From contig JBDRHP010000088.1 of assembly GCA_043816785.1 (NCBI GenBank), forward strand, positions 1 through 15,686: 15,686 bases of DNA, written 5' to 3'. Numbering within the stretch: position 1 is the stretch's first letter; each line of letters starts with the position of its first letter. The stretch comes from Candidatus Margulisiibacteriota bacterium. GTDB taxonomy: Bacteria > Margulisbacteria > WOR-1 > O2-12-FULL-45-9. Below the pieces are notes generated by a model, which worked only from the letters and a program-made list of their open reading frames with translations, did no database searches and was not told the origin of the DNA. A program made the translations under genes and the position numbers. This document shows positions 1 through 7,312 of this stretch, piece by piece.

Positions 1-49
1 TCGGCGGGATTAACCACTGTTGTCTTTGATTGTAATCTTTAAATTTCAT
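1..49 (-). CDS. 5' end of probable IS1182-family transposase (partial, continues beyond left edge)
   Basis: Minus strand reads GAGGTGAATAA-ATG then MKFKDYNQRQQWLIPP. This resembles the FKxYxQxQxxLxPP N-terminus of IS1182-type (DUF772) transposases. Strong SD. Only 16 codons are visible and it is absent from the ORF track. Confidence 0.65.
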   Translation of the reverse strand, partial: MKFKDYNQRQQWLIPP

Positions 50-71
50 TTATTCACCTCACCTCAATTTT

Positions 72-113
72 ACCTCAAGAAACCGCGAAGTTCATTCGCC
101 GGTTTCTTGAGGT
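72..113. repeat. Single copy of the 28-bp palindromic element (core 79..106) with 7-bp complementary flanks
   Basis: acctcaa-GAAACCGCGAAGTTCATTCGCCGGTTTC-ttgaggt. The core matches 11686..11713 (GGAACCGCGAAGTTTATTCGCAGGTTCC) at 24/28 positions. Confidence 0.85.
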
Positions 114-127
114 TATTGGACACCCTC

Positions 128-187
128 CTCTGGGAGAGGGATCAAAAAACAAAAAGTGGTCAATTAAAGAAAAAGTTAGGGTGAGGG
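128..187 (-). repeat. Interrupted BoxC/REP-like repeat downstream of tldD
   Basis: Minus strand CCCTCACCCTAAC-[34 nt AT-rich]-CCCTCTCCCAGAG. This resembles the widespread CCCTCACCCTAACCCTCTCCC...GGGAGAGGG extragenic palindrome and is cut off at the putative IS end. Confidence 0.45.
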
Positions 188-201
188 TGGGATGAGGACC
201 C

Positions 202-1581
202 TTACATCCTCCCGCCGACAATGATCTCGGGGATTCTCGTAGTGGGTTGGGCGTCGCCAACCGGCGCGTGATCGTATTTGCCGCAAACTCCGGTCTGCCA
301 GCCTAGATCAGCGCCAACCATATCAATTATTTCCAGAATTTTTGGGCCATTGCCGGTCAAAATAGCCCCGCGTACAGGGTGTTTGATCTTTCCGTTCTCG
401 ATCAGATAACCCTCGGTAACTTCAAACACAAAATCGCCGTTAGTTACATCAACCTGGCCGCCGCCCATCCGTTTAATAAAAAGGCCGTCTTTGACCGAAG
501 CGATAATTTCCTCAGGATCCATTTCGCCTGGCGCGATGATCGTGTTGGTCATTCTTGGCTGAGGTTTTGACCGGAAACTCTGGCGCCGGCCATTGCCGGT
601 CCTTTTCAAGCCAGCCATGCCCGCTGTAAAGTGATCGGTCAGATAGCCTTTTAGAATGCCATTCTCGATCAGCATGGTTTTCTGGCCCGGGGTGCCCTCG
701 TCGTCAAAAGATAATGAGCCGAATTTGCCGTGAAGGGTGGCGTCATCTACCACAGTGACAAGGTCGGAAGCGACTTTTTTGCCGATCTTGCCGCCAAAGA
801 TGGACGTTCCCTTGATGATAAAATCAGCTTCCAGAGCATGACCGCAGGCTTCGTGAATTAAGGTTCCGCCTGCTTCAGAAGATAGCACGACCATCATCTT
901 ACCGGCCGGAGCATGGGGAGCTTCCAACATTTTGAGTGCCCGTTCAGCTGCTTTGCTGGCGTATTCCTCAGGCGGGTAATGCTCAAACAGCTCAAAACCA
1001 ACGGTTCCGCCCGGGGCCTCATAACCAGTTTGCAAAAGGCCGTTTTTTTCCGCGATTACGTTGATGAAATACCGGGTACGGATGCGATTATCTTCGACGT
1101 ATATACCATCGGAATTGGCAATAGAGACAGCCTGGTTGGAATCAGCATAGCGTACTGTTACTTGTCTGACCTTGTCGCCATAGGAGCGGGCGATCTTATT
1201 TAGTAGTTTGACCTGGGCGGTTTTTTTCTCAGCCTGGACCTCATTGGGCCTTATCTTGATCTGAGAGTTAAATCCAGGAACCTGGGGCTTAAGATCGATC
1301 TTATGTTTTATCTTTTTTCCGGAGATAGAGTCAGAGATCTTTAAGGCGGCGTCTCGCAAACTGGCAAAACTCGTGTCTGAACTGGCAGCATAAACAGTCT
1401 CTTTGCCGGCGATTACCCGCAAGCCAGCCCCGGCATCAATGCCAGCGGAAATTTCCTCAATTTTATTATCTTCGCAGGAGATGGTCGAGGCATTTGCCTC
1501 TTCAATAAAGATCTCTGCGAAATCTCCGCCGTTCCTCAGAGCGGTGGCCAGGAGCTCTTCCAGGTTTTCTTTGGTCAACAT
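202..1581 (-). CDS. tldD: TldD/PmbA family metalloprotease, catalytic TldD subunit
   Basis: 459 aa. GGDFAEIF N-terminus, HEACGHALEAD (HExxGH) motif, FDDEG, TGNGRRQS, PRMTNT, GGQVD, CGK, PVGDAQPT C-terminus. Confidence 0.93.
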   Translation of the reverse strand: MLTKENLEELLATALRNGGDFAEIFIEEANASTISCEDNKIEEISAGIDAGAGLRVIAGKETVYAASSDTSFASLRDAALKISDSISGKKIKHKIDLKPQVPGFNSQIKIRPNEVQAEKKTAQVKLLNKIARSYGDKVRQVTVRYADSNQAVSIANSDGIYVEDNRIRTRYFINVIAEKNGLLQTGYEAPGGTVGFELFEHYPPEEYASKAAERALKMLEAPHAPAGKMMVVLSSEAGGTLIHEACGHALEADFIIKGTSIFGGKIGKKVASDLVTVVDDATLHGKFGSLSFDDEGTPGQKTMLIENGILKGYLTDHFTAGMAGLKRTGNGRRQSFRSKPQPRMTNTIIAPGEMDPEEIIASVKDGLFIKRMGGGQVDVTNGDFVFEVTEGYLIENGKIKHPVRGAILTGNGPKILEIIDMVGADLGWQTGVCGKYDHAPVGDAQPTTRIPEIIVGGRM

Positions 1582-1587
1582 ATTTTA

Positions 1588-1616
1588 ATTATACCTGTGA
1601 AATCTGAAATTTTCCA
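1588..1616 (-). promoter_or_regulatory. sigma70-type promoter for tldD, probably leaderless transcript
   Basis: Minus strand TGGAAA-N17-TATAAT (1593..1588) ends 6 nt before the ATG. No SD is present. Confidence 0.55.
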
Positions 1617-1632
1617 CATCTGAAGGCGATAA
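1606..1632 (+). promoter_or_regulatory. sigma28 (FliA/SigD)-like promoter upstream of the divergent RSH gene
   Basis: GAAA(1606-1609)-N15-GGCGATAA(1625-1632) versus consensus TAAA-N15-GCCGATAA: one mismatch per box and exact spacing. SD GAGGT at 1656-1660. Confidence 0.5.
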
Positions 1633-1670
1633 ACAACCGTGGAGTTGTATCCTTTGAGGTAAATTGTGAA

Positions 1671-3869
1671 ATGACAAGACAACTAAGTTTCTCACTATAT
1701 CCGCTTTTATCACCGCGCCAAGCCAGGCAGCTGCGGCACTGGCGAAAAGAGCTGAGTGTTAGAACAGCATCTTATGCCCGCATGGCCAGAATATCTTCAG
1801 ATACACGGCCGGTCCAGATCGGCCGACTAGGGAACGTTTTTGTCGGCCAGAAGATCGATGAGTATGTCCCCTTGGAATATCAGCAAGCGATCACTAAGCT
1901 TAGTTCTAGAATTGCCGATCCCCATGGTCGGGCTTTGGTTGAAGCCGCCTGCTATCTTGCCTGGGAAGGCCATCATGGAAAAAACCGGGATGATGGCAGC
2001 CCCTTTGTCACACATCCTCTTGCTGTGGCCAATATCTTGCTTGGCTGGGGGGTTGGGGCAGAAACAATTGCCGCGGCCTTATGTCATGATCTGATCGAGG
2101 ATGGAAAGATGAATAACGGCGATCGGGTTACCAACGAAGTTTTAGCGCAACATTTGGGAGAACGGCTAGCACAGCTGGTTGACGGGGTGACAGAGTTCGG
2201 CAAAGAACCTGAGTTTAAGGGCGAAAAACCATCGATCGCTGAAATATTTAAAAAGCTCTTTGCTTATGCTGTCCGGGACCTGGACATTCTGATTATTAAA
2301 TTAGCCGACCGTTTGCATAATATGAGAACGCTCCAGTATAAAGCCTCTGACAAAAGATATGAAAAAGCCTTCGAAACCCTTAACGTGTACGCGCGAATCG
2401 CAGATATCCTGGGGATGTGGCAGCTAAAACGCGAGCTGGAGGATTGGAGTTTTCTTTATCTTGAGCCGGATAAATTCAAGGCTATTGAACAACGACGTTC
2501 CCGAATTTTTCAGGCAAGCGAAAATGATATTGCCAAAATAAAATTGGCCATTGAGCAAAATTTTGCAACTGCTGGGCTGAAAGTTGAAATTCCCCTTGAA
2601 GGTCGCCATGTTTATGAGCTTTATCAGAGGATGCAGCAGAGGGGGATTACCGACGTGGAGCAATTGACGGCAACTGATATTTGGCGTTTGAACATTGTTG
2701 TGCCTGAGCGGGCAGGCTCTTATGTGGCGCTGGGGCGCCTGCATGAGCTTTATGAGCCGATACAGAAGGAACTTTGTGACTACATTGGTGACCCAAGGTC
2801 CAACGGCCATCGGTTTTTACATACCTATGTTGTTGTGCCGCTTTTTGGCAGATTGTTAGTCCAGATCCGTGACCGTAAAATGTTCGCCCATTACCGTTTT
2901 GGGATTATGGGTTTGAGCCCTGCTGAGCGGGAACAGGAAAAACAAAGACAGACCTGGCTGACAGCCGCCAGAAGCCATTTAGAAGAAGGCGGGCTGTCAA
3001 CTGAGGAGACCTATGAAATAATTCGCCTGGTCAGCGCCCCGATAAAAGCCTATACGCCGAATGGGGATGAAATAGAATTGCCTTTTGGTTCAACTGTGCT
3101 TGATTTTGCCCGAAGTGTCCATGAGGAGGTCTTATATGCAGCTGCTGGAGGAATTGTCAATGGACAACGGGTGGAAATTTTTCATGAACTGCAATATGGT
3201 GACCGGGTAGACGTTATTAAGGACGAGGCGGTAATTCCTACACTTGAATGGCTGGAACATGTCCGGACACCGGAGGCCAAAAGTTCTATCAGAGTCTTTT
3301 TGTCTATTCAGGCAAATATAGATATCTATGCTGGCGCCTTGAAGGCCTTGGACGCGGCTTTAAAAAAATATTTTATTCCAGCAAAAGATCTGATCGAAAC
3401 AGATTTGTTTAGCCGATTTGTCAGGACGTATGGGTCTAGCGATTCGCAGGCCTTTCTGCTGGAAATTGGCAAAGGCCGAAGAAATGTCGAAAAGATAGTG
3501 AGGGAGTTGCGGGCTTATTATCGAAAGTTATTCAAGAGGATTATTAAAAAGGCTGCTGAGCAACCTGATGAGTTCTCCCCATATTATTTATCGATTGAGA
3601 CCGAGGATGAACGCGGAAAATTAAAGATCCTGGTTAATGAATTAGATTCCATGGGCTATAACATTCATGATATTTTTCAAGCGGACTCTGAAAAACTGGA
3701 AAAGGCAATTATTGTTTTTGCCGTTGATCTATTGCCAAGGCGCGGGTTGGCGGGGACGCTCAGACGGATCCAAACAATTCAGGTCCAGACAATTGCTGCC
3801 ACAGTTGGGGCAACAACCTTGCTAAGGCCGGACGGCGTGGAAGCCTTGAGAAGGCGCAGGAGAATATAA
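1671..3869 (+). CDS. Divergent long RelA/SpoT homologue: HD hydrolase, degenerate synthetase, TGS, helical and ACT-like domains
   Basis: 732 aa. RDDGSPFVTHPLAVA, AALCHDLIED and IKLADRLHNMRTL hydrolase motifs. TGS: YTPNGDEIELPFGSTVLDFARSVH. ACT-like IETEDERGKL. Synthetase motifs are substituted. Confidence 0.88.
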   Translation: MTRQLSFSLYPLLSPRQARQLRHWRKELSVRTASYARMARISSDTRPVQIGRLGNVFVGQKIDEYVPLEYQQAITKLSSRIADPHGRALVEAACYLAWEGHHGKNRDDGSPFVTHPLAVANILLGWGVGAETIAAALCHDLIEDGKMNNGDRVTNEVLAQHLGERLAQLVDGVTEFGKEPEFKGEKPSIAEIFKKLFAYAVRDLDILIIKLADRLHNMRTLQYKASDKRYEKAFETLNVYARIADILGMWQLKRELEDWSFLYLEPDKFKAIEQRRSRIFQASENDIAKIKLAIEQNFATAGLKVEIPLEGRHVYELYQRMQQRGITDVEQLTATDIWRLNIVVPERAGSYVALGRLHELYEPIQKELCDYIGDPRSNGHRFLHTYVVVPLFGRLLVQIRDRKMFAHYRFGIMGLSPAEREQEKQRQTWLTAARSHLEEGGLSTEETYEIIRLVSAPIKAYTPNGDEIELPFGSTVLDFARSVHEEVLYAAAGGIVNGQRVEIFHELQYGDRVDVIKDEAVIPTLEWLEHVRTPEAKSSIRVFLSIQANIDIYAGALKALDAALKKYFIPAKDLIETDLFSRFVRTYGSSDSQAFLLEIGKGRRNVEKIVRELRAYYRKLFKRIIKKAAEQPDEFSPYYLSIETEDERGKLKILVNELDSMGYNIHDIFQADSEKLEKAIIVFAVDLLPRRGLAGTLRRIQTIQVQTIAATVGATTLLRPDGVEALRRRRRI

Positions 3870-3873
3870 ACTA

Positions 3874-6714
3874 TTAGTGTCCTGATTCAGCCCAGTTTTT
3901 CCCGGTCCCCAAATCTACTTTGACCGGAACTTTTAAAGCGAGAGCCGCGACCATTTCTTCCTCAACAATCTTTTTGATTTTTTCAACTTCTTCTTTTGGG
4001 CATTCAAATACTAATTCATCGTGGACTTGAAGGAGCAGGCGAGATTGGTAGTCAGTAGCCTGTAGGCTGTTAAATATTTTGACCATGGCAACTTTGATCA
4101 TGTCCGCCGCGGTCCCCTGGACTGGCGTGTTGATCGCGGTTCGCTCGGCAAATGAACGCAAACCATGGTTAGGGTTGTTTATGTCAGGCAGCGGCCTCTT
4201 CCTGCCCAGCATGGTCGTGACATAACCGTTTTCTTTAGCTTGTTTAATGGTCTTATCTATGAATTCTTTAACGCCTGTGTGTTTATTAAAATACTTGCTG
4301 ATGTACTCGGCTGCTTCTGTCCTTTTGATCTTTAATTGTTTGGCCAGGCCGAAATCGGAAATGCCATAGATAATGCCAAAATTAACGGTCTTGGCAGCGG
4401 CGCGGCTAATCCCAAGCTCGTCAGCAGTTAATTGATGTATGTCGTGGTTTTCCTGGAAAGCGGCCAGCAATACCGGATCCTGACTTAGATCCGCCAGGAT
4501 GCGCAGTTCGATCTGTGAATAGTCGGCCGCGATCATGACCCAATCCTTTTTTCCTGGCACAAAGGCTGCGCGGATGCGCTTGCCCCAGTCGCCCTTGGCC
4601 GGGATATTCTGCAGATTTGGCTTGGAACTGGACAGCCGACCCGTGGCGGTGATGGTTTGATTAAAAGAAGTATGTATGCGGCTGGTTTTTGTATGGACCA
4701 GGGTAGGGAGGACATCGACATAAGTGGATTTTAGTTTGGTCAGCTGACGATAGGCCATAAGTTTTTCCGCGATCTCAAATTTTTGCGCGGCCAGCTCTTC
4801 TAATACTTCCACGTTAGTGGAGATGCCGGTCTTGGTGCGCTTGATCACCGGCAGCTGCAGTTTTTCAAATAGGATCTTTGATAATTGTTTAGGGGAATTG
4901 AGGTTAAAGGTCTCTCCGGCAATGGCATAGATATCTTCTTCCACATCCTTGAGTGATTTTTCCATCTCCTTGGACATTTTGTTTAGGAGCGCTGCATCCA
5001 GGCTAATGCCATTGCTTTCCATCTCAACCAGCACGGCGATCAGCGGCATTTCAACCTCATAAAAAAGCTTGTCCAGCTTTTGGCCTTTAAGCGCCAGCTT
5101 GAATATTTCGTATAAGCCAAAAGTTACGTCAGCGTCCGAGGCCGCGTAATCAATGGCTACCTCAATGGGCACCTCAGCAAAGTTCTCATATTCCGCGTCT
5201 TTGCCGATCAATTCTACTAATTTGATCATTTCCCGGCCCAAAAATTGTTTACCCAGTGTTTTTAAGGCGTATTTGCCGGAAATCGGATCAAGCAGGTAAG
5301 CTGCCACCATGGTGTCAAAGAGCGGGCCGCTGACCTCAAGGCCGGCATTTTTTAGTATCTCGATATCATACTTAATATTATGGCCGATCTTTAATTTGTC
5401 CGAACTGAATAAAGGTTGTAATCTGTCCAGCACAATCTTTAAAGGAACCTGAGACTGAACGTCTCGGTTCCTTTTGTCGGAACCGCGAAGCACCTCGACT
5501 TCGCTCGGTGCTGCCCTGAGCATCTCGACTCCGCTCGATGCTGCCCCGAGCTTGTCGAGGGGCTTGCCGAAGGGTTTATTCGCAGGTTCCGATTTGTGTC
5601 CGATAGGTATATAGAAGGCAGACTTTGCTTCTGTGGAGATCGACAGACCGACGATCTTGGCAGTAAAGGGATCTAGGCTGGTGGTTTCCAGATCAAAAGC
5701 AAACGCCTGGGCGGCTTGGAGTTTCTTGATCAATTTGGCCAGGGTTTCTTCGCTTTGCACGCAGGTAAAATCCAATTCAGAGATCTTGATCCTCTTTTTT
5801 TCTATGATCTCTTCGGTTTGGTATCCCTCAACTCCCTGGCTGTATTTTTTGACCAGGCGGTCAAATTCCAGTTTAGTAAATAACGGCAGGACTTTTTGCC
5901 AATTGATGCCAGTGCGTTTGCATTTATCAAAATCAATTTCAATCGGAACATTGGTGACAATGGTTGCCAGCATCTTGCTTAGTTTTGCCAGCTCAATGTT
6001 CTTTTTAATGTTCTCTTTGAGCGCTTTTTTAGTTATACGGTCAACATTCTCCAGAATATTCTCTAAAGTCCCGAATTCTTTTAATAGCTGGGCCGCTGTT
6101 TTGTCGCCAACCTTGGGCACGCCGGGAATATTGTCTGAAGCATCGCCCTTTAACGCCTTAAAATCAATTATTTGACTGGCCTGAATGCCGTAACGGTCTG
6201 TGACTTCCTTTTCTCCGTAAAGCATGGTATCGGTTATGCCTTTACGCGTGGTCAGCACCTTAATCTTCTTGCTTACCAGCTGCAGCGTATCAAGGTCGCC
6301 GGTTAATATCTCAACCGTGTACCCTTGTTGCTCTGCTTCTTTGGCCAGGGTGCCAATTACGTCGTCGGCTTCAAAACCAGCGATCTCATAGATCGGGATA
6401 TCAAGGGCTTCCGCGATTTGTTTTACGTAAGGGAACTGTTCGCGCAGGCTGGGCGGGGCCTTGTCGCGAGTGGCTTTATATTCTTTATACTCTTTATGCC
6501 TGAAGGTTGGCTCAGGCCGGTCAAAAGAAATTGCTACAAAATCAGGTTTTTCGTCCAGAACTTTGAGCAGCATGGTGGTAAAACCGTAGATGGCATTGGT
6601 AGTAATGCCGCTAGTGGTGCGCATGGTGTCGGGCAGGGCATAGAAAGCGCGGTAGGCGAGGGAGTTTCCGTCTATTAGGACGATCAGGGGGTCGTGTGTT
6701 TTAGGATTTTTCAC
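3874..6714 (-). CDS. polA: DNA polymerase I (5'-3' exo, 3'-5' exo, polymerase) with a repeat-derived in-frame insertion
   Basis: LIDGNSLAYRAFYAL, EADDVIGTLA, GDASDNIPGV, ExoI FDLET, ExoII GHNIKYD, ExoIII YAASDAD, TATGRLSS, DYSQIELR, AKTVNFGIIYG, QVHDELVFE. Start set at GTG 6714, overlapping the tsf end, because homology begins there. Confidence 0.96.
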   Translation of the reverse strand: MKNPKTHDPLIVLIDGNSLAYRAFYALPDTMRTTSGITTNAIYGFTTMLLKVLDEKPDFVAISFDRPEPTFRHKEYKEYKATRDKAPPSLREQFPYVKQIAEALDIPIYEIAGFEADDVIGTLAKEAEQQGYTVEILTGDLDTLQLVSKKIKVLTTRKGITDTMLYGEKEVTDRYGIQASQIIDFKALKGDASDNIPGVPKVGDKTAAQLLKEFGTLENILENVDRITKKALKENIKKNIELAKLSKMLATIVTNVPIEIDFDKCKRTGINWQKVLPLFTKLEFDRLVKKYSQGVEGYQTEEIIEKKRIKISELDFTCVQSEETLAKLIKKLQAAQAFAFDLETTSLDPFTAKIVGLSISTEAKSAFYIPIGHKSEPANKPFGKPLDKLGAASSGVEMLRAAPSEVEVLRGSDKRNRDVQSQVPLKIVLDRLQPLFSSDKLKIGHNIKYDIEILKNAGLEVSGPLFDTMVAAYLLDPISGKYALKTLGKQFLGREMIKLVELIGKDAEYENFAEVPIEVAIDYAASDADVTFGLYEIFKLALKGQKLDKLFYEVEMPLIAVLVEMESNGISLDAALLNKMSKEMEKSLKDVEEDIYAIAGETFNLNSPKQLSKILFEKLQLPVIKRTKTGISTNVEVLEELAAQKFEIAEKLMAYRQLTKLKSTYVDVLPTLVHTKTSRIHTSFNQTITATGRLSSSKPNLQNIPAKGDWGKRIRAAFVPGKKDWVMIAADYSQIELRILADLSQDPVLLAAFQENHDIHQLTADELGISRAAAKTVNFGIIYGISDFGLAKQLKIKRTEAAEYISKYFNKHTGVKEFIDKTIKQAKENGYVTTMLGRKRPLPDINNPNHGLRSFAERTAINTPVQGTAADMIKVAMVKIFNSLQATDYQSRLLLQVHDELVFECPKEEVEKIKKIVEEEMVAALALKVPVKVDLGTGKNWAESGH
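5444..5590. repeat. 147-bp composite palindromic insertion in polA: 28-bp hairpin doublet containing two nested 42-bp units
   Basis: 5444..5471 is identical to 11647..11674. 5479..5490 joined to 5575..5590 is identical to 11686..11713. The intervening 84 bp are two related 42-bp units. Confidence 0.93.
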
Positions 6715-7300
6715 CCAATTGATATCTGGTAAATCTTCTAATAACGATATTTTCGCCGATCTTAGCGACCAGGTCAGACAACAGGTCTTTAATGCTTGTT
6801 TTGGGATCCTTAATATAGGGCTGGTCCAGCAAGCAGATCTCAGAGTAAAACTTCTCAATTCGTCCTTCAACTATTTTTTGCCTGGCTTTTTCCGGTTTGC
6901 CTTCCTGCTTGGCCTGGGTCTCCAAGATATCCTTTTCATGAGCAATAATGCCTTCCGGCACATCCTCACGGGAAACATATTGCGGATTAGAAGCGGCGAT
7001 CTGCATGCTGATATCTTTAACAAAGGCCTGGAACTCAATGTTCTTGGCCACAAAATCAGTTTCGCTGTTCACTTCCACTAAAACACCGAGCTTGCCGCCG
7101 ATATGGATGTAAGAATCAACTAAGCCCTGGGCCGCGACCCGGCCGGCGCGTTTAGCTGCCGAGGCCAGACCTTTCTTCCGGAGGATATCAGAAGCCTTTT
7201 CCATGTCACCATTGGCTTCGGCTAAAGCTTTTTTGCAATCCATCATGCCGCAGCTGGTTTTTTCTCTGAGTTTTTGAATTGATTCCACGCTGATAGTCAT
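6701..7300 (-). CDS. tsf: Translation elongation factor Ts (short form)
   Basis: 199 aa. LREKTSCGMMDCKKAL, EVNSETDFVAKN, IGENIVIRRFTRYQLGE. Lies downstream of rpsB. Confidence 0.97.
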   Translation of the reverse strand: MTISVESIQKLREKTSCGMMDCKKALAEANGDMEKASDILRKKGLASAAKRAGRVAAQGLVDSYIHIGGKLGVLVEVNSETDFVAKNIEFQAFVKDISMQIAASNPQYVSREDVPEGIIAHEKDILETQAKQEGKPEKARQKIVEGRIEKFYSEICLLDQPYIKDPKTSIKDLLSDLVAKIGENIVIRRFTRYQLGEKS

Positions 7301-7312
7301 TTATCTCCCCCG

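Larger units (their letters stand above)
1..127 (-). mobile_element. Left end of probable IS1182-family insertion sequence; putative IRL GAGGGTGTCCAATAACC at 127..111
   Basis: Transposase-like start at 49. Minus-strand GAGGGTGTCCAATAA resembles the GAGGCTGTC-type termini I recall for this family. The partner IR and target duplication lie outside the window. Confidence 0.5.

Noticed and set aside
75..260. 61-aa minus-strand ORF
   Set aside because: It overlaps the tldD end in another frame and translates repeat and IS-end DNA.
1671..3869. Toxic small alarmone synthetase/antitoxin module, or a pseudogene
   Set aside because: It is a long multidomain ORF with no frameshift, a decayed synthetase, an intact hydrolase and no adjacent partner gene.
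5491..5574. Mini-CRISPR array
   Set aside because: There are no unique spacers between the units, the units are nested and in frame, and no cas genes are present.
5444..5590. Intein or intron in polA
   Set aside because: It is too short, has no Cys/Ser...His-Asn splice motifs or intron features, and is fully explained by repeats found elsewhere in the window.
6715..6870. 52-aa N-terminal extension of PolA in the ORF track
   Set aside because: It lies wholly within tsf in another frame and shows no PolA similarity. GTG 6714 fits the homology start.
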